Below are positions 21,600-31,046 of a stretch of DNA of 52,741 bases, one piece after another. Below the pieces are notes generated by a model. It was not told the DNA's origin. It ran no database searches and saw nothing but the letters and a program-made list of their open reading frames with translations. Every line of letters starts with the position of its first letter. Positions within the stretch are counted from its first letter, which is position 1. The DNA comes from Candidatus Enterousia sp. (lineage in GTDB: Bacteria > Pseudomonadota > Alphaproteobacteria > Rs-D84). A program made the position numbers and the translations under genes. The DNA lies in assembly GCA_045637165.1 (NCBI GenBank), contig JAZTYU010000010.1, forward strand, positions 1 to 52,741. Reading direction: 5' to 3'.

Positions 21600-22139
21600 A
21601 TGAACATAAAATCATTTGGTGTTTTAACCGCCGTCTCAGTAATGTTTGCAACTGGGGCTGCGAATGCAAATCTCTTGTTCGATATCTATGCTGGTGGCAC
21701 CTATGGAATGGGTGGCTATACCGCACTGCACAAAGACAATGAATTTTCACATTCTGCCAGTTCATATGGTGCTGTTATTGGCATGGATATCCCACTGTTC
21801 CGTATCGAAGTCGAATATAATTATATGGATTCAGACAACTTTTCATTAAACACCGGCTTTGTAAACGCATACTTCAAATTACCAACACCAATTGCAAAGC
21901 CATACATTGGTGCTGGTATCGGTTCAACATTTGACAGCAAATATGAACAAAAAAACACCCCATCTGTTGACATTGACGACACACTTGCCTATCAGGGAAT
22001 GCTGGGTTTAACACTGGACATTCCTGTTATACCATTTAACATCGACATCGAAGGCCGTGTTTTATACGCCCCTGACATTTTACCTGACACAGACATGTTG
22101 CAATACGACGGTCGTGTAAAACTGCGTTATGTGTTCTAG
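21600..22139 (+). CDS. small outer-membrane beta-barrel (OmpA-like TM / surface antigen)
   Basis: Signal peptide, FRIEVEY, KPYIGAGIG, LAYQGMLG; ends LRYVF. Confidence 0.85.
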   Translation: MNIKSFGVLTAVSVMFATGAANANLLFDIYAGGTYGMGGYTALHKDNEFSHSASSYGAVIGMDIPLFRIEVEYNYMDSDNFSLNTGFVNAYFKLPTPIAKPYIGAGIGSTFDSKYEQKNTPSVDIDDTLAYQGMLGLTLDIPVIPFNIDIEGRVLYAPDILPDTDMLQYDGRVKLRYVF

Positions 22140-22210
22140 GCAACCAACATAATTACAATGGGGGGGGGCGGACACAACGCCCCCTAATTTAACCACAGGA
22201 AAACATTCAA

Positions 22211-24982
22211 ATGCTGACACTAATTGATGGAAATTCGTTATTATTTCGTGCTTATTACGGCGTTCACAGTCGCCTGACCCGTTCGGACGGCACCCCAACT
22301 GGTGCAGTATATGGATTTTTCAATATGATATTACCAATTTTATCAGCGGCCGCACCTGACGATGAATTCATATGTATTTTTGATGCATCACGCATCACAT
22401 TTCGCCAAGATATCTATCCAGAATACAAAATGAATCGTTCTGAAACACCCGAAGATTTGATTACCCAAGGGCTACTTATCCGCACTGGCCTGGCCGCAAT
22501 GGGAATGCCCGTGCTATGCGTTCCCGGGGTCGAAGCAGACGATGTTATCGCAACAATTGCCCGACAAAACTGCACCCACAAAAACGCCACCAGAATAATT
22601 ACCAGTGACAAAGACCTGATGCAACTGGTATCCGACTGTGTATTTTTATACGACGGAATGAAAGACCGTGAAATCCACGAGCCCCAAGTTATCGAAAGAT
22701 TTGGCGTCTTGCCATCCCAGGTAATTGATGTTCAATCATTGATGGGTGATTCTTCGGATAACGTTCCTGGTGTTCCTGGCATTGGACCTAAAAAAGCCGC
22801 TGAATTGATAAACCAATTCAAAACACTGGATAATTTATATGCCAACCTAGACGAAATCAAAAATGAACGCACACGCAACCTGTTGGCGACCAACCGGGAA
22901 ATGGCCTATATTTCCAAACGCCTGGTCACATTAAAAGACGACGTAGATTTAACAGGTCTTGAAATAAAACCATTTGTATTTAATACCCCTGGTGCATTGG
23001 CATTTGTCCGCAACGAAATCGAAAGTAATTCATTAGCAACAAAAATAGAAAAATTATTCCCACTACAGGCAGCACCTGCCCCAGCACCCGAATTCAAGTT
23101 CCCAGGCAACGCATGTGCCTTGGAAACGCCCCCTCTTGCACCTGCTACAACAAAAAAGCGTCGTGAAATCCAGTGCGAAACTATCACAACAATATCAGCC
23201 TTGGAAAAATATCTGGGCAAAATTGATAAAATACTGGCACTTGACACTGAAACAACCGGCCTTAATCAAACTGTTGATAAACTGGTCGGCATATCATTAG
23301 CAATTGACGACACACACGGTGCATATATCCCACTTCGTCATCGCAGTGGCACATCAGACCTGTTTGGTGTCAACGAATTTGCACCAAATCAACTGTCCGT
23401 TGACGCTGTCTATGAAAAATTATGGCCTGTTCTGACCAACCCAAATATAATCAAAATCGGACACAACCTGAAATATGACCTGCATATTTTTGCAAACGAA
23501 GGCTGGGACACAAAACAAATTCAACCAATTGACGACACAATGTTGCTGTCATACATATTAAACGGTGCACGTCACGGCCACGGTCTTGATGAATTAGCCC
23601 ACAGTTATCTGGGACACGAAAACATTGCATTTTCATCACTATTCCCACCAAAGACAACCAATGCAAATATGCACTTTGACGAACTGACAATAGAATCTGC
23701 CTGTTTATATGCCGCCGAAGATGCCTGTATTTGTCGTGCACTTTACGATTTATTCCGTCCACAACTAAATCTAAACGAACAATTACGTCATTTATATGAA
23801 ACAGCCGATTTACCACTATTACCAGTCTTGATGGAAATAGAACGCACAGGCGTCTTGGTCGATCGCCAAAAATTACAACAGTTATCTACACTGTTCCACA
23901 AGCAATTACAAAACCTGGAACAAGACATCTGGGTTCTGGCCAACCATGAATTTAACATCGCCAGTCCCAAACAACTTGCCGTTGTTTTATTTGACGAATT
24001 GGGTCTGCCATCGAATAAAAAGCGTTCCACAGACGCTGACAGCCTAAACGAACTGGTTGACACACATCCAATCGTCGAAAAAATCCTAAATTGGCGTTCT
24101 ATTGCAAAACTAGCAGGAACTTACGCAGACGCATTGCCGCACCAAATTGCAACAGATGGTCGTATTCACACCACATATTTACAAACCAGCACCAACACAG
24201 GTCGCTTATCCAGCCGTGATCCAAACTTGCAAAATATACCAATAAAAACAGAACTAGGCGAAGAAATCAGGAAATGCTTTATTGCCGCCCCAGGCCACCA
24301 GTTGATATCTGTTGACTATTCCCAAATTCAATTACGCCTGCTGGCAGATATTGCGAACGTTCGCACCTTCAAAGAAACATTTAATAACGGCACAGACATT
24401 CACAACCAAACCGCCCGACAAATATTTAATATTCCAGACGACCAACCCGTCCCCCGAGAACTGCGTCGTGCTGCCAAGACAATAAACTTCTCGATTATCT
24501 ATGGAATATCATCTTTTGGTCTGGCGTCCCAACTTGGCGTTTCCCGACCCGAGGCACAAAATATAATCAATTCGTATATGGCAGGACTGCCTGAAATCAG
24601 TGCATATATCGAACGCACAAAACAATTTGCACTGGATAACGGTTATGTAATGACCCCACTGGGCCGCCGCATAGAATTACCACAAATAAAAAATCCACGC
24701 TTGCGTTCTTATGCCCTGCGTGCCGCAATCAACGCCCCAATCCAAGGATTCGAGGCCGACCTGATGCGTCTTGCAATGGTTGAAATTGATAAAAAACTGA
24801 TGCAACCAAACCCAGATAAAATCCGTATGATTATGCAAGTCCACGATGAAATGGTTTTCGAATGTAAATCAGAACACGCATCGGAATTTGCAGAAAGGAT
24901 TAAGGCTGCAATGGAACAGATTGCCGCACTATCCGTCCCATTGGTTGCCGAATACAACATCGCCCAATATTGGGGAAAATAA
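22211..24982 (+). CDS. polA: DNA polymerase I (5'-3' exonuclease, 3'-5' exonuclease, polymerase)
   Basis: LIDGNSLLFRAYY, EADD, DTETTG, GHNLKYD, YAAEDA, TGRLSS.DPNLQNIP, VHDE. Confidence 0.98.
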   Translation: MLTLIDGNSLLFRAYYGVHSRLTRSDGTPTGAVYGFFNMILPILSAAAPDDEFICIFDASRITFRQDIYPEYKMNRSETPEDLITQGLLIRTGLAAMGMPVLCVPGVEADDVIATIARQNCTHKNATRIITSDKDLMQLVSDCVFLYDGMKDREIHEPQVIERFGVLPSQVIDVQSLMGDSSDNVPGVPGIGPKKAAELINQFKTLDNLYANLDEIKNERTRNLLATNREMAYISKRLVTLKDDVDLTGLEIKPFVFNTPGALAFVRNEIESNSLATKIEKLFPLQAAPAPAPEFKFPGNACALETPPLAPATTKKRREIQCETITTISALEKYLGKIDKILALDTETTGLNQTVDKLVGISLAIDDTHGAYIPLRHRSGTSDLFGVNEFAPNQLSVDAVYEKLWPVLTNPNIIKIGHNLKYDLHIFANEGWDTKQIQPIDDTMLLSYILNGARHGHGLDELAHSYLGHENIAFSSLFPPKTTNANMHFDELTIESACLYAAEDACICRALYDLFRPQLNLNEQLRHLYETADLPLLPVLMEIERTGVLVDRQKLQQLSTLFHKQLQNLEQDIWVLANHEFNIASPKQLAVVLFDELGLPSNKKRSTDADSLNELVDTHPIVEKILNWRSIAKLAGTYADALPHQIATDGRIHTTYLQTSTNTGRLSSRDPNLQNIPIKTELGEEIRKCFIAAPGHQLISVDYSQIQLRLLADIANVRTFKETFNNGTDIHNQTARQIFNIPDDQPVPRELRRAAKTINFSIIYGISSFGLASQLGVSRPEAQNIINSYMAGLPEISAYIERTKQFALDNGYVMTPLGRRIELPQIKNPRLRSYALRAAINAPIQGFEADLMRLAMVEIDKKLMQPNPDKIRMIMQVHDEMVFECKSEHASEFAERIKAAMEQIAALSVPLVAEYNIAQYWGK

Positions 24983-25022
24983 ACAAAAAAAGAAACCGCC
25001 CAAACGGGCGGTATTTTAATAT

Positions 25023-25907
25023 CTAAACTATTCTGCGTCGAATTACACCGAACATTGCAAACCCCAACAACAGCACCATAATGAAAACAAAAATCGCAGT
25101 CGCTGTTTCATCAAACTGTGCGAAAGGCAACTTTACATTCATTCCATAATATCCGACAATCACCGTTGGCACAACCAAAATAATATTCCACATTGTCAGT
25201 CGGTTAATGTTGGTATTCGAATCCATATTGATAACGCTTTCAAATGTTTCCTTGATAGATTTCAGCATTTTACTGTATGACGTCACAACTTCGGTTGCCT
25301 GTGCCAATTCGATTCGGGCATCTTCGGCCAATTCTTGTGCTTCGTCTGTTTTCACAAACCCTCGCACTTTTTCCAACTTGTCCAGCACAGCAACATTTCC
25401 ACGAATTCCAGCCATATACAATGTATAACTGTTTTCAACCTCTAACAAATCCATCAATTCTTTCTTGCGGATACGTTCTTGCAAGACACGTTTTGATGCC
25501 AAAACCCTTTTATTTAATTCCTTTAACATACGCAAATAAGATTCCGCAATATAATACATAATATTCAGGATAAATTCCTCACGTGATGTTTTTTCAGACT
25601 TTTTTATTCTGTCCAACAAATCGCAACGCTTGCGACAGACAGTAATTACCCGATTCGATGACAAAATAATAGACAACGGTTCTGTGTGCCACAATGTATC
25701 AGATTCCCGATTGATAATTGGAAAACGCACGATAATAACTTTATAGTCATCTTCGACCTCAAGACGTGGCTGCTCATCAGGGTCCAAGATGTCCGAAATA
25801 GTATCTTCATCTATCTTGTATTCCGTCTGCAATTTTTCAAAATCTTCGTGGTCAGGATTGCCAACATTTACCCAAGAGAACGTTTTTAATTTTTCTGTCA
25901 CAAACAC
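25023..25907 (-). CDS. corA: CorA-family Mg2+ transporter
   Basis: LDPDEQPRLE, YYGMNV signature, two C-terminal TM helices. Confidence 0.92.
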   Translation of the reverse strand: MFVTEKLKTFSWVNVGNPDHEDFEKLQTEYKIDEDTISDILDPDEQPRLEVEDDYKVIIVRFPIINRESDTLWHTEPLSIILSSNRVITVCRKRCDLLDRIKKSEKTSREEFILNIMYYIAESYLRMLKELNKRVLASKRVLQERIRKKELMDLLEVENSYTLYMAGIRGNVAVLDKLEKVRGFVKTDEAQELAEDARIELAQATEVVTSYSKMLKSIKETFESVINMDSNTNINRLTMWNIILVVPTVIVGYYGMNVKLPFAQFDETATAIFVFIMVLLLGFAMFGVIRRRIV

Positions 25908-26054
25908 AGCAACCCCCTTGTTTTCAATTAAAAGATTGCACGAATTTTATCCTAAAAATTATATTTTTGCAATAAATTCTGGGAATATAAAACCGTATTA
26001 TTACCGCCAACATCATGCTACAATCACCTATATAATCCAAAGGAACAAACAAAC

Positions 26055-26513
26055 ATGGCAAAAAAAATCACCACCAACACCAACGCATTTGGCATCGCAC
26101 ACTATATTTTATTATTTATTGTCGTTATTTTATGTATATGCACAATTGCATTTATAATAATCAAACGAACGAACCACAATCCCCAAAGTAATATTCAACC
26201 AACAATACACCATATAAAAAATACAGACCCATGCGTCCAGCGCACAATAAACACAGTCGCACAAATGTGGGCATACGACCCAAAAATGGTTCCACAAAAG
26301 TACTGGGACATTGCGACAAATTACCTGACAGAGCCAATAACCACACGAACCTATGGCATCTGCCAAGACGTTGCCTATACCTGTCATCCTGGTCAAATTC
26401 GACGTGATTGCGACCCATGTGCGGTCCCGTCTGCACGGGCATACGCAATGGAAATCCACACCACAGATATGATTCAGGCAAATTGTCCAGGGGCAAAATA
26501 CAATAAAAATTAG
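26055..26513 (+). CDS. membrane-anchored Cys-containing hypothetical protein
   Basis: AAGGA RBS, N-terminal TM, CQDVAYTC..CDPC. Confidence 0.75.
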   Translation: MAKKITTNTNAFGIAHYILLFIVVILCICTIAFIIIKRTNHNPQSNIQPTIHHIKNTDPCVQRTINTVAQMWAYDPKMVPQKYWDIATNYLTEPITTRTYGICQDVAYTCHPGQIRRDCDPCAVPSARAYAMEIHTTDMIQANCPGAKYNKN

Positions 26514-27280
26514 CGAGTTTTCTGCACGACAAAGCGACGCACAACATCCTGAACACACTGCACTAAATACGGCGTATCCGATTTAGTCAATATTTTTCTC
26601 AATTTTTCTTGATGTTCAGCACAAAACACCAAACACCCTGTATCAATATTAAATTTATTTTGACACCAGTTCTTAAAAACCAACTGCTTTTTATACAACT
26701 CATCACGCTGTTTCTGACTCAAATACGGATTGTTATGATTTATTACAAATTCATATACATCTTTTGGATGAAAACCAAACCCGACCCCCAACAAAAAACA
26801 AATAACAAATCCCCAATCACGTTGCACATCAAAACGCTGGACATAGTCGAATCGGCTTGCTGGATTTAACTTCCAAATATATTGTGCATAATAGTAAGAT
26901 AATCGTGCTGCATCATTTAAGACATTCTCTACTGCCGCCTGCCGACCAGGTCGAACCCCCCCCCGAACATCACCAATTGCCAACGAATAAAAATATTCCA
27001 ATTTGTATGCATCATGAACAATTTCTTCACTGGTAAGCCCTGGGATATTGTATTTATACGAAAAATTATATTTTGTCTTATAACCAGCGTCTTTCAGTTG
27101 CTTATCCAACGCCACGGCACTTGACTTGATATCTCCATACAACGCCATTTGTTTTTGTGCATATTCTTCGGCCCCACCAAAATCAGCATTTTTTAAATAT
27201 TTACGCATATCAACAGCCGTCACCTGTGCCACAGATTCCCGCAAATCATAAACAGTGAATAAATCCCCATCTTTTATCAT
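26510..27280 (-). CDS. hypothetical protein
   Basis: Long ORF with minus-strand codon style; TTGACT..TATTTT promoter just upstream of ATG 27280 (track start is TTG 27292). Confidence 0.7.
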   Translation of the reverse strand: MIKDGDLFTVYDLRESVAQVTAVDMRKYLKNADFGGAEEYAQKQMALYGDIKSSAVALDKQLKDAGYKTKYNFSYKYNIPGLTSEEIVHDAYKLEYFYSLAIGDVRGGVRPGRQAAVENVLNDAARLSYYYAQYIWKLNPASRFDYVQRFDVQRDWGFVICFLLGVGFGFHPKDVYEFVINHNNPYLSQKQRDELYKKQLVFKNWCQNKFNIDTGCLVFCAEHQEKLRKILTKSDTPYLVQCVQDVVRRFVVQKTR

Positions 27281-27333
27281 TATGGGCAACAAAATACCAC
27301 AAATAAAATATTAGTCAAGCCAAACCACCCACC

Positions 27334-28236
27334 CTATTCGAACATTTCCAGTGCAATATCGTGTTCCTTGCAAAACTCATAAAAAAATTCCAAAAAGGCT
27401 TGAACCTTGGCACTTTTCAATGTCAGCGGATTACCAATACCAACCAAAACATATTCATAATCAAAATCAACATTTGGCACTTCAACCAATTTGGTATTTT
27501 TCGTCGTGCACCACTCAGGCATCAACGAGATTCCCACACCATCACATATCAGATTATAAATAATTGACGCCGAATCAGCAGTTGTGTTTAATTTTCTTGC
27601 CCGCTTTAATAAAAAGTTACATTCTGGCATTTCCAAGAACTTTTTTCTGATACATAAATCAAAGTTTTCCAACATATCATCCATATCCCGTGGAAATCCG
27701 TGCTTATTCAAATATTCTGGGGTTGTATAAAATTTTGCTTTCGTCTTGAACTTAAATAATGTTTTACCTGGTATTTTATGCAAGCCCCTAGGATCCATAA
27801 TTGTAATATCGGGATTAGCCATATTCATATGACGATTCGTTAATATATCCAATCGCATTTTTGGATGTTTTGCATAAAACTTAGACATTTTACTCAACAG
27901 CCCTGCCCCTGCAAATCCCTCTTCAGTCCAAACTGAAATATATCCTGCCAACTCATCTGGGGTCGTCATATTTTTTATAATATTATCCAACGCCAATGAA
28001 ATATTCTCTATATCAGCATACAACTGACGGGTTGCATTTGTTGGCACACACCCTGAAGAACTACGTATTAACAACGTCGCTTTAAATTGGCTCTCCAAAT
28101 CAGAAATCATTTTTGACATATTTGAATGCTTTATACCATTTCTCTCAGCAGCAGCATTTATTTGTCCAACATCAATAACCTCTTTCAAGGCCAATAGTTC
28201 ACGCAAAAAAGCAATTTTTGTTTTAATTGTCGGCAT
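27334..28236 (-). CDS. LysR-family transcriptional regulator
   Basis: N-terminal HTH (GQINAAAE...SNMSKMISDLE..LLIR) and substrate domain (GVGISLMP); 300 aa. Confidence 0.9.
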   Translation of the reverse strand: MPTIKTKIAFLRELLALKEVIDVGQINAAAERNGIKHSNMSKMISDLESQFKATLLIRSSSGCVPTNATRQLYADIENISLALDNIIKNMTTPDELAGYISVWTEEGFAGAGLLSKMSKFYAKHPKMRLDILTNRHMNMANPDITIMDPRGLHKIPGKTLFKFKTKAKFYTTPEYLNKHGFPRDMDDMLENFDLCIRKKFLEMPECNFLLKRARKLNTTADSASIIYNLICDGVGISLMPEWCTTKNTKLVEVPNVDFDYEYVLVGIGNPLTLKSAKVQAFLEFFYEFCKEHDIALEMFE

Positions 28237-28496
28237 AAAAATCCCTTTTCTATGTCAAATCCTAGAAAAAATATACAACAAAAGCCCGATAATTCCTAAG
28301 AAAAAATACCGTTTTTCCCCAGGAATAAAAACCTACGAACAAAAAAAAAGCCAAAAACCAGAAAAAAAAGGTGTATTTATTCACCTCTCCTCTTTTTATA
28401 CATTGCTTCGGACAAAATTAGTATAAAAGGATATATAAAAACCTAATCTATAATATCCTCATCAGGACAAACCTGAATATAACAAAAGGATATAAA

Positions 28497-28757
28497 ATGA
28501 CTCACTCGGACGTATGGTTTGCAATAGATTGTTTTGCAAGTGCCAATAATATGTCATGCTCTGGCCTGGCAAAACACTGTGGCCTGGACCCAACAACATT
28601 CAACAAAAGCAAGCGTTATTCCAAATACGGACAACCACGTTGGCCATCCACCAACAGCATTGCAAAAATTCTAGAAGCGACTGGCACAAACATTGATGAT
28701 TTTATTAAGCATTTTAGACATTCCACGCCCCAATCCAGTCCGATAGCAAATCCATAA
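28497..28757 (+). CDS. stand-alone HTH regulator (N-domain of alphaproteobacterial S24/phage-repressor-like proteins)
   Basis: SGLAKHCGLDPTTFNKSKR...PRWPSTNSIAKILEATG. Confidence 0.85.
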   Translation: MTHSDVWFAIDCFASANNMSCSGLAKHCGLDPTTFNKSKRYSKYGQPRWPSTNSIAKILEATGTNIDDFIKHFRHSTPQSSPIANP

Positions 28758-28780
28758 TGGGGCCAAAAGTTTTATAGCGT

Positions 28781-28817
28781 ATAAAAAAGGGGCCAATCAA
28801 ACGCCCCTTTTTTATAC
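28781..28817. terminator. bidirectional terminator
   Basis: AAAAAAGGGGC-CAATCAAAC-GCCCCTTTTTT. Confidence 0.75.
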
Positions 28818-28870
28818 ACCTAACATCAAATTATTATAATAAAATCGGCACCTAGCCAACTATATCTTTA

Positions 28871-28947
28871 TGGTCGGGGTGACAGGATTCGAACCTGCGA
28901 CCCCTTGCACCCCATGCAAGTACTCTACCAGGCTGAGCTACACCCCG
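28871..28947 (-). tRNA. tRNA-Pro(GGG)
   Basis: CGGGGTGTAGCTCAGCCTGGTAGAG..., anticodon arm CTTGC-ATGGGGT-GCAAG, CCA end. Confidence 0.97.
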
Positions 28948-29091
28948 AACAACGTTCCCAATCTTAATATGCCCTGCCCTGAAAAACAAATACTTTTTTT
29001 GGGAAAACACACGTATTGTTGAAAGTCGAATCCCAGACTATCATCATTTATGTCCGGACAAAACAAAAGCAACAAAAACAAAGGAAGAAAA

Positions 29092-29199
29092 ATGTCTAAA
29101 AGCGAAAACAAATCAGGCAAATGTAAAAACTGCTCTTGCACCCATGACACAGGCTGCAACAAAAAACCAGAATGTAATAAAAAAACATGCAACAAATAA
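29092..29199 (+). CDS. 35-aa Cys/Lys-rich peptide, metallothionein-like
   Basis: MSKSENKSGKCKNCSCTHDTGCNKKPECNKKTCNK; AAGGA RBS; terminator ACCGCCC-GATT-GGGCGGT-T-run just after the stop. Confidence 0.65.
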   Translation: MSKSENKSGKCKNCSCTHDTGCNKKPECNKKTCNK

Positions 29200-29322
29200 T
29201 CAAACACCGCCCGATTGGGCGGTATTTTTTTGTTTTTATTCTAAAATAAATTTTACGCTTGCACGAATCGCATAAATATTATTAGTATGCCATATCAACA
29301 ACACCACCAAGGGAGTTTATCC

Positions 29323-29703
29323 GTGATAATTGGGATAGGAATCGATCTTGTTGAATGTGGCCGTTTTCTGGACTGGTCTGCATTCAAGAAACAGCGTATT
29401 TTTACCAAGAAAGAATTAGAATACGCCGATAATGACAACGCAAATTCAGAAAAACATTTGGCAAATTTCTGGGCCGCCCGTGAAGCCTTCTTAAAAGCAA
29501 TCGGCACTGGTTTTGGTGATGACATCGCATTTTCTGATGTATCTGTAATTCACAACGATGCAGGTCGCCCTGAATTATTGATTGCAGGCGGTGCACGTGC
29601 TGCATTAAAAGAACTTGCCCCCGATTCGGAAACACGTATTCACCTGTCCATCACAGACCAGGACGATTACTGTGCCGCAATAGTTGTAATTGAAACGAAA
29701 TAA
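29323..29703 (+). CDS. acpS: holo-ACP synthase
   Basis: IIGIGIDLVE, FWAAREAFLKAIGTG, GRP, IHLSITD; GTG start with AAGGGAG RBS. Confidence 0.95.
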   Translation: MIIGIGIDLVECGRFLDWSAFKKQRIFTKKELEYADNDNANSEKHLANFWAAREAFLKAIGTGFGDDIAFSDVSVIHNDAGRPELLIAGGARAALKELAPDSETRIHLSITDQDDYCAAIVVIETK

Positions 29704-29735
29704 CTTGAAACGGGTGGAAAAATTCCACCCGTTTT

Positions 29736-30782
29736 TTATGCTGCATTTTGATATTGCTGACCCAACATCCACAATTTCAAAGTCTGCTGTTGCGTCATTT
29801 GCATTTGTACCTGTTTCATTTCGATACGTTTTCTTGCAACAATCAATGCAATTCTTGCATCTGTTTTTTGTGTCACTGTTTTGTGCAATCTTGGCTTTTG
29901 AACCATTGGCTTTTTCAAAGCCAACTTTTTTGCAACCGGCTTGCGAACAACAGGTTTCTTGACAGCGACTGTCTTTGGCATTGACTTTTTCTGTGCCACC
30001 GCCACCTTTGCCATCTGTGGCAAACGGACTGGTTCGACTGCTTGCTTTCGAATCGGCTTGGGCATCTGGGCAGACTTGACAACCTGTGCCAATTGAACAT
30101 TTTTCACCTGAATTGGCTGTGCAACTTTTACTGGCATCGCAACTGGCATTTGAATTGCCGCCGCATTGACCTGTGGCATTTGCATCTGTGCAGGTTGCAA
30201 CTGTTGTGGCCATGCAACATTTTCCGCCGTTCCTTTTTCCACTGACACTGATTGCAGCACTGACTGGGTTGCGACATTTTCTTGTGCCTGCTGAATTGCA
30301 ACATTCGCTTTTGCATTTCCAGCAACATTTTCAATTGTCAATTCTTCTGTATGTTCATTATACCGTGCCAAGACCATATTGATAACATCTATTGCATTTC
30401 GAATTGCCAACTCGGCATGACTACGCAACTGCTTTACCGTTTCTGCTTCTGGATTGATTTTATTTTCGCTATCTTTGTGCATCATAATTACACGTGACCA
30501 ATATTTTTTGTGTGATGCAAAGACATTATCTAAATATTTTGCTGCCAAATTTTTTTTGTTCTTGGTTTCAACAAAAGCCCCACATTGCATCAACGCCGTC
30601 TGCCAGGCACGCCCAAGCGAATATTTATTCAGCCAATTGACCCACGTAAAACCTGAAAACAATGTCATATAAGCATCTGCTAATTTTTTTCTATCATCTG
30701 GGGAAACTTTTTTTGCGATATCCGCCCCCACCTCTATTACAAAAATATTTTGTATTTCTGCTATACTTTTTTGCTTTTCCAT
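29736..30782 (-). CDS. hypothetical protein with Q/P/V/K low-complexity C-terminal half
   Basis: AAAGGAG RBS; GTTGAC-17-CTATAT promoter upstream; KKPVVRKPVAKK tail. Confidence 0.8.
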   Translation of the reverse strand: MEKQKSIAEIQNIFVIEVGADIAKKVSPDDRKKLADAYMTLFSGFTWVNWLNKYSLGRAWQTALMQCGAFVETKNKKNLAAKYLDNVFASHKKYWSRVIMMHKDSENKINPEAETVKQLRSHAELAIRNAIDVINMVLARYNEHTEELTIENVAGNAKANVAIQQAQENVATQSVLQSVSVEKGTAENVAWPQQLQPAQMQMPQVNAAAIQMPVAMPVKVAQPIQVKNVQLAQVVKSAQMPKPIRKQAVEPVRLPQMAKVAVAQKKSMPKTVAVKKPVVRKPVAKKLALKKPMVQKPRLHKTVTQKTDARIALIVARKRIEMKQVQMQMTQQQTLKLWMLGQQYQNAA

Positions 30783-30900
30783 ACTGAACTCCTTTCTATA
30801 TATACAGAAGCTCTGCAGTGCCGCATCACTCACCACAGTAAACTTATATAGTGCGACCGCCATATATTGTCAACCCCCACCTGTCAAGAAAATTTATTTT

Positions 30901-30929
30901 TTGACAATCTTCCTACAATAATCCAGAAT
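30901..30929 (+). promoter_or_regulatory. sigma70-type promoter of the OMP gene
   Basis: TTGACA-17 nt-CAGAAT. Confidence 0.6.
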
Positions 30930-30952
30930 ACGATTGTGCACATCACAAAAAA

Positions 30953-31017
30953 CATACTGTTGCCAATAATGGGCGGTATGGATATGCACCCACATCTTGC
31001 CAATAATGGGGGTGTGG
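30953..31017 (+). promoter_or_regulatory. tandem 28-nt hairpins with identical loop in a 5' leader
   Basis: CATACTGTTGCCAATAATGGGCGGTATG and CCACATCTTGCCAATAATGGGGGTGTGG. Confidence 0.8.
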
Positions 31018-31046
31018 CATTTCATCAAAACTAAGGAGTTAAAACG

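Noticed and set aside
21552-21765. Long N-terminal extensions in the ORF track (pth, ctpA, M23 genes, MTase, acpS)
   Set aside because: They overlap divergent genes, promoters or terminators; downstream starts fit RBS position and family N-termini better
29605-30213. 202-aa Cys-rich ORF
   Set aside because: Alternative frame of the 29736-30782 gene that also overlaps acpS; the Cys arise from shifted low-complexity codons
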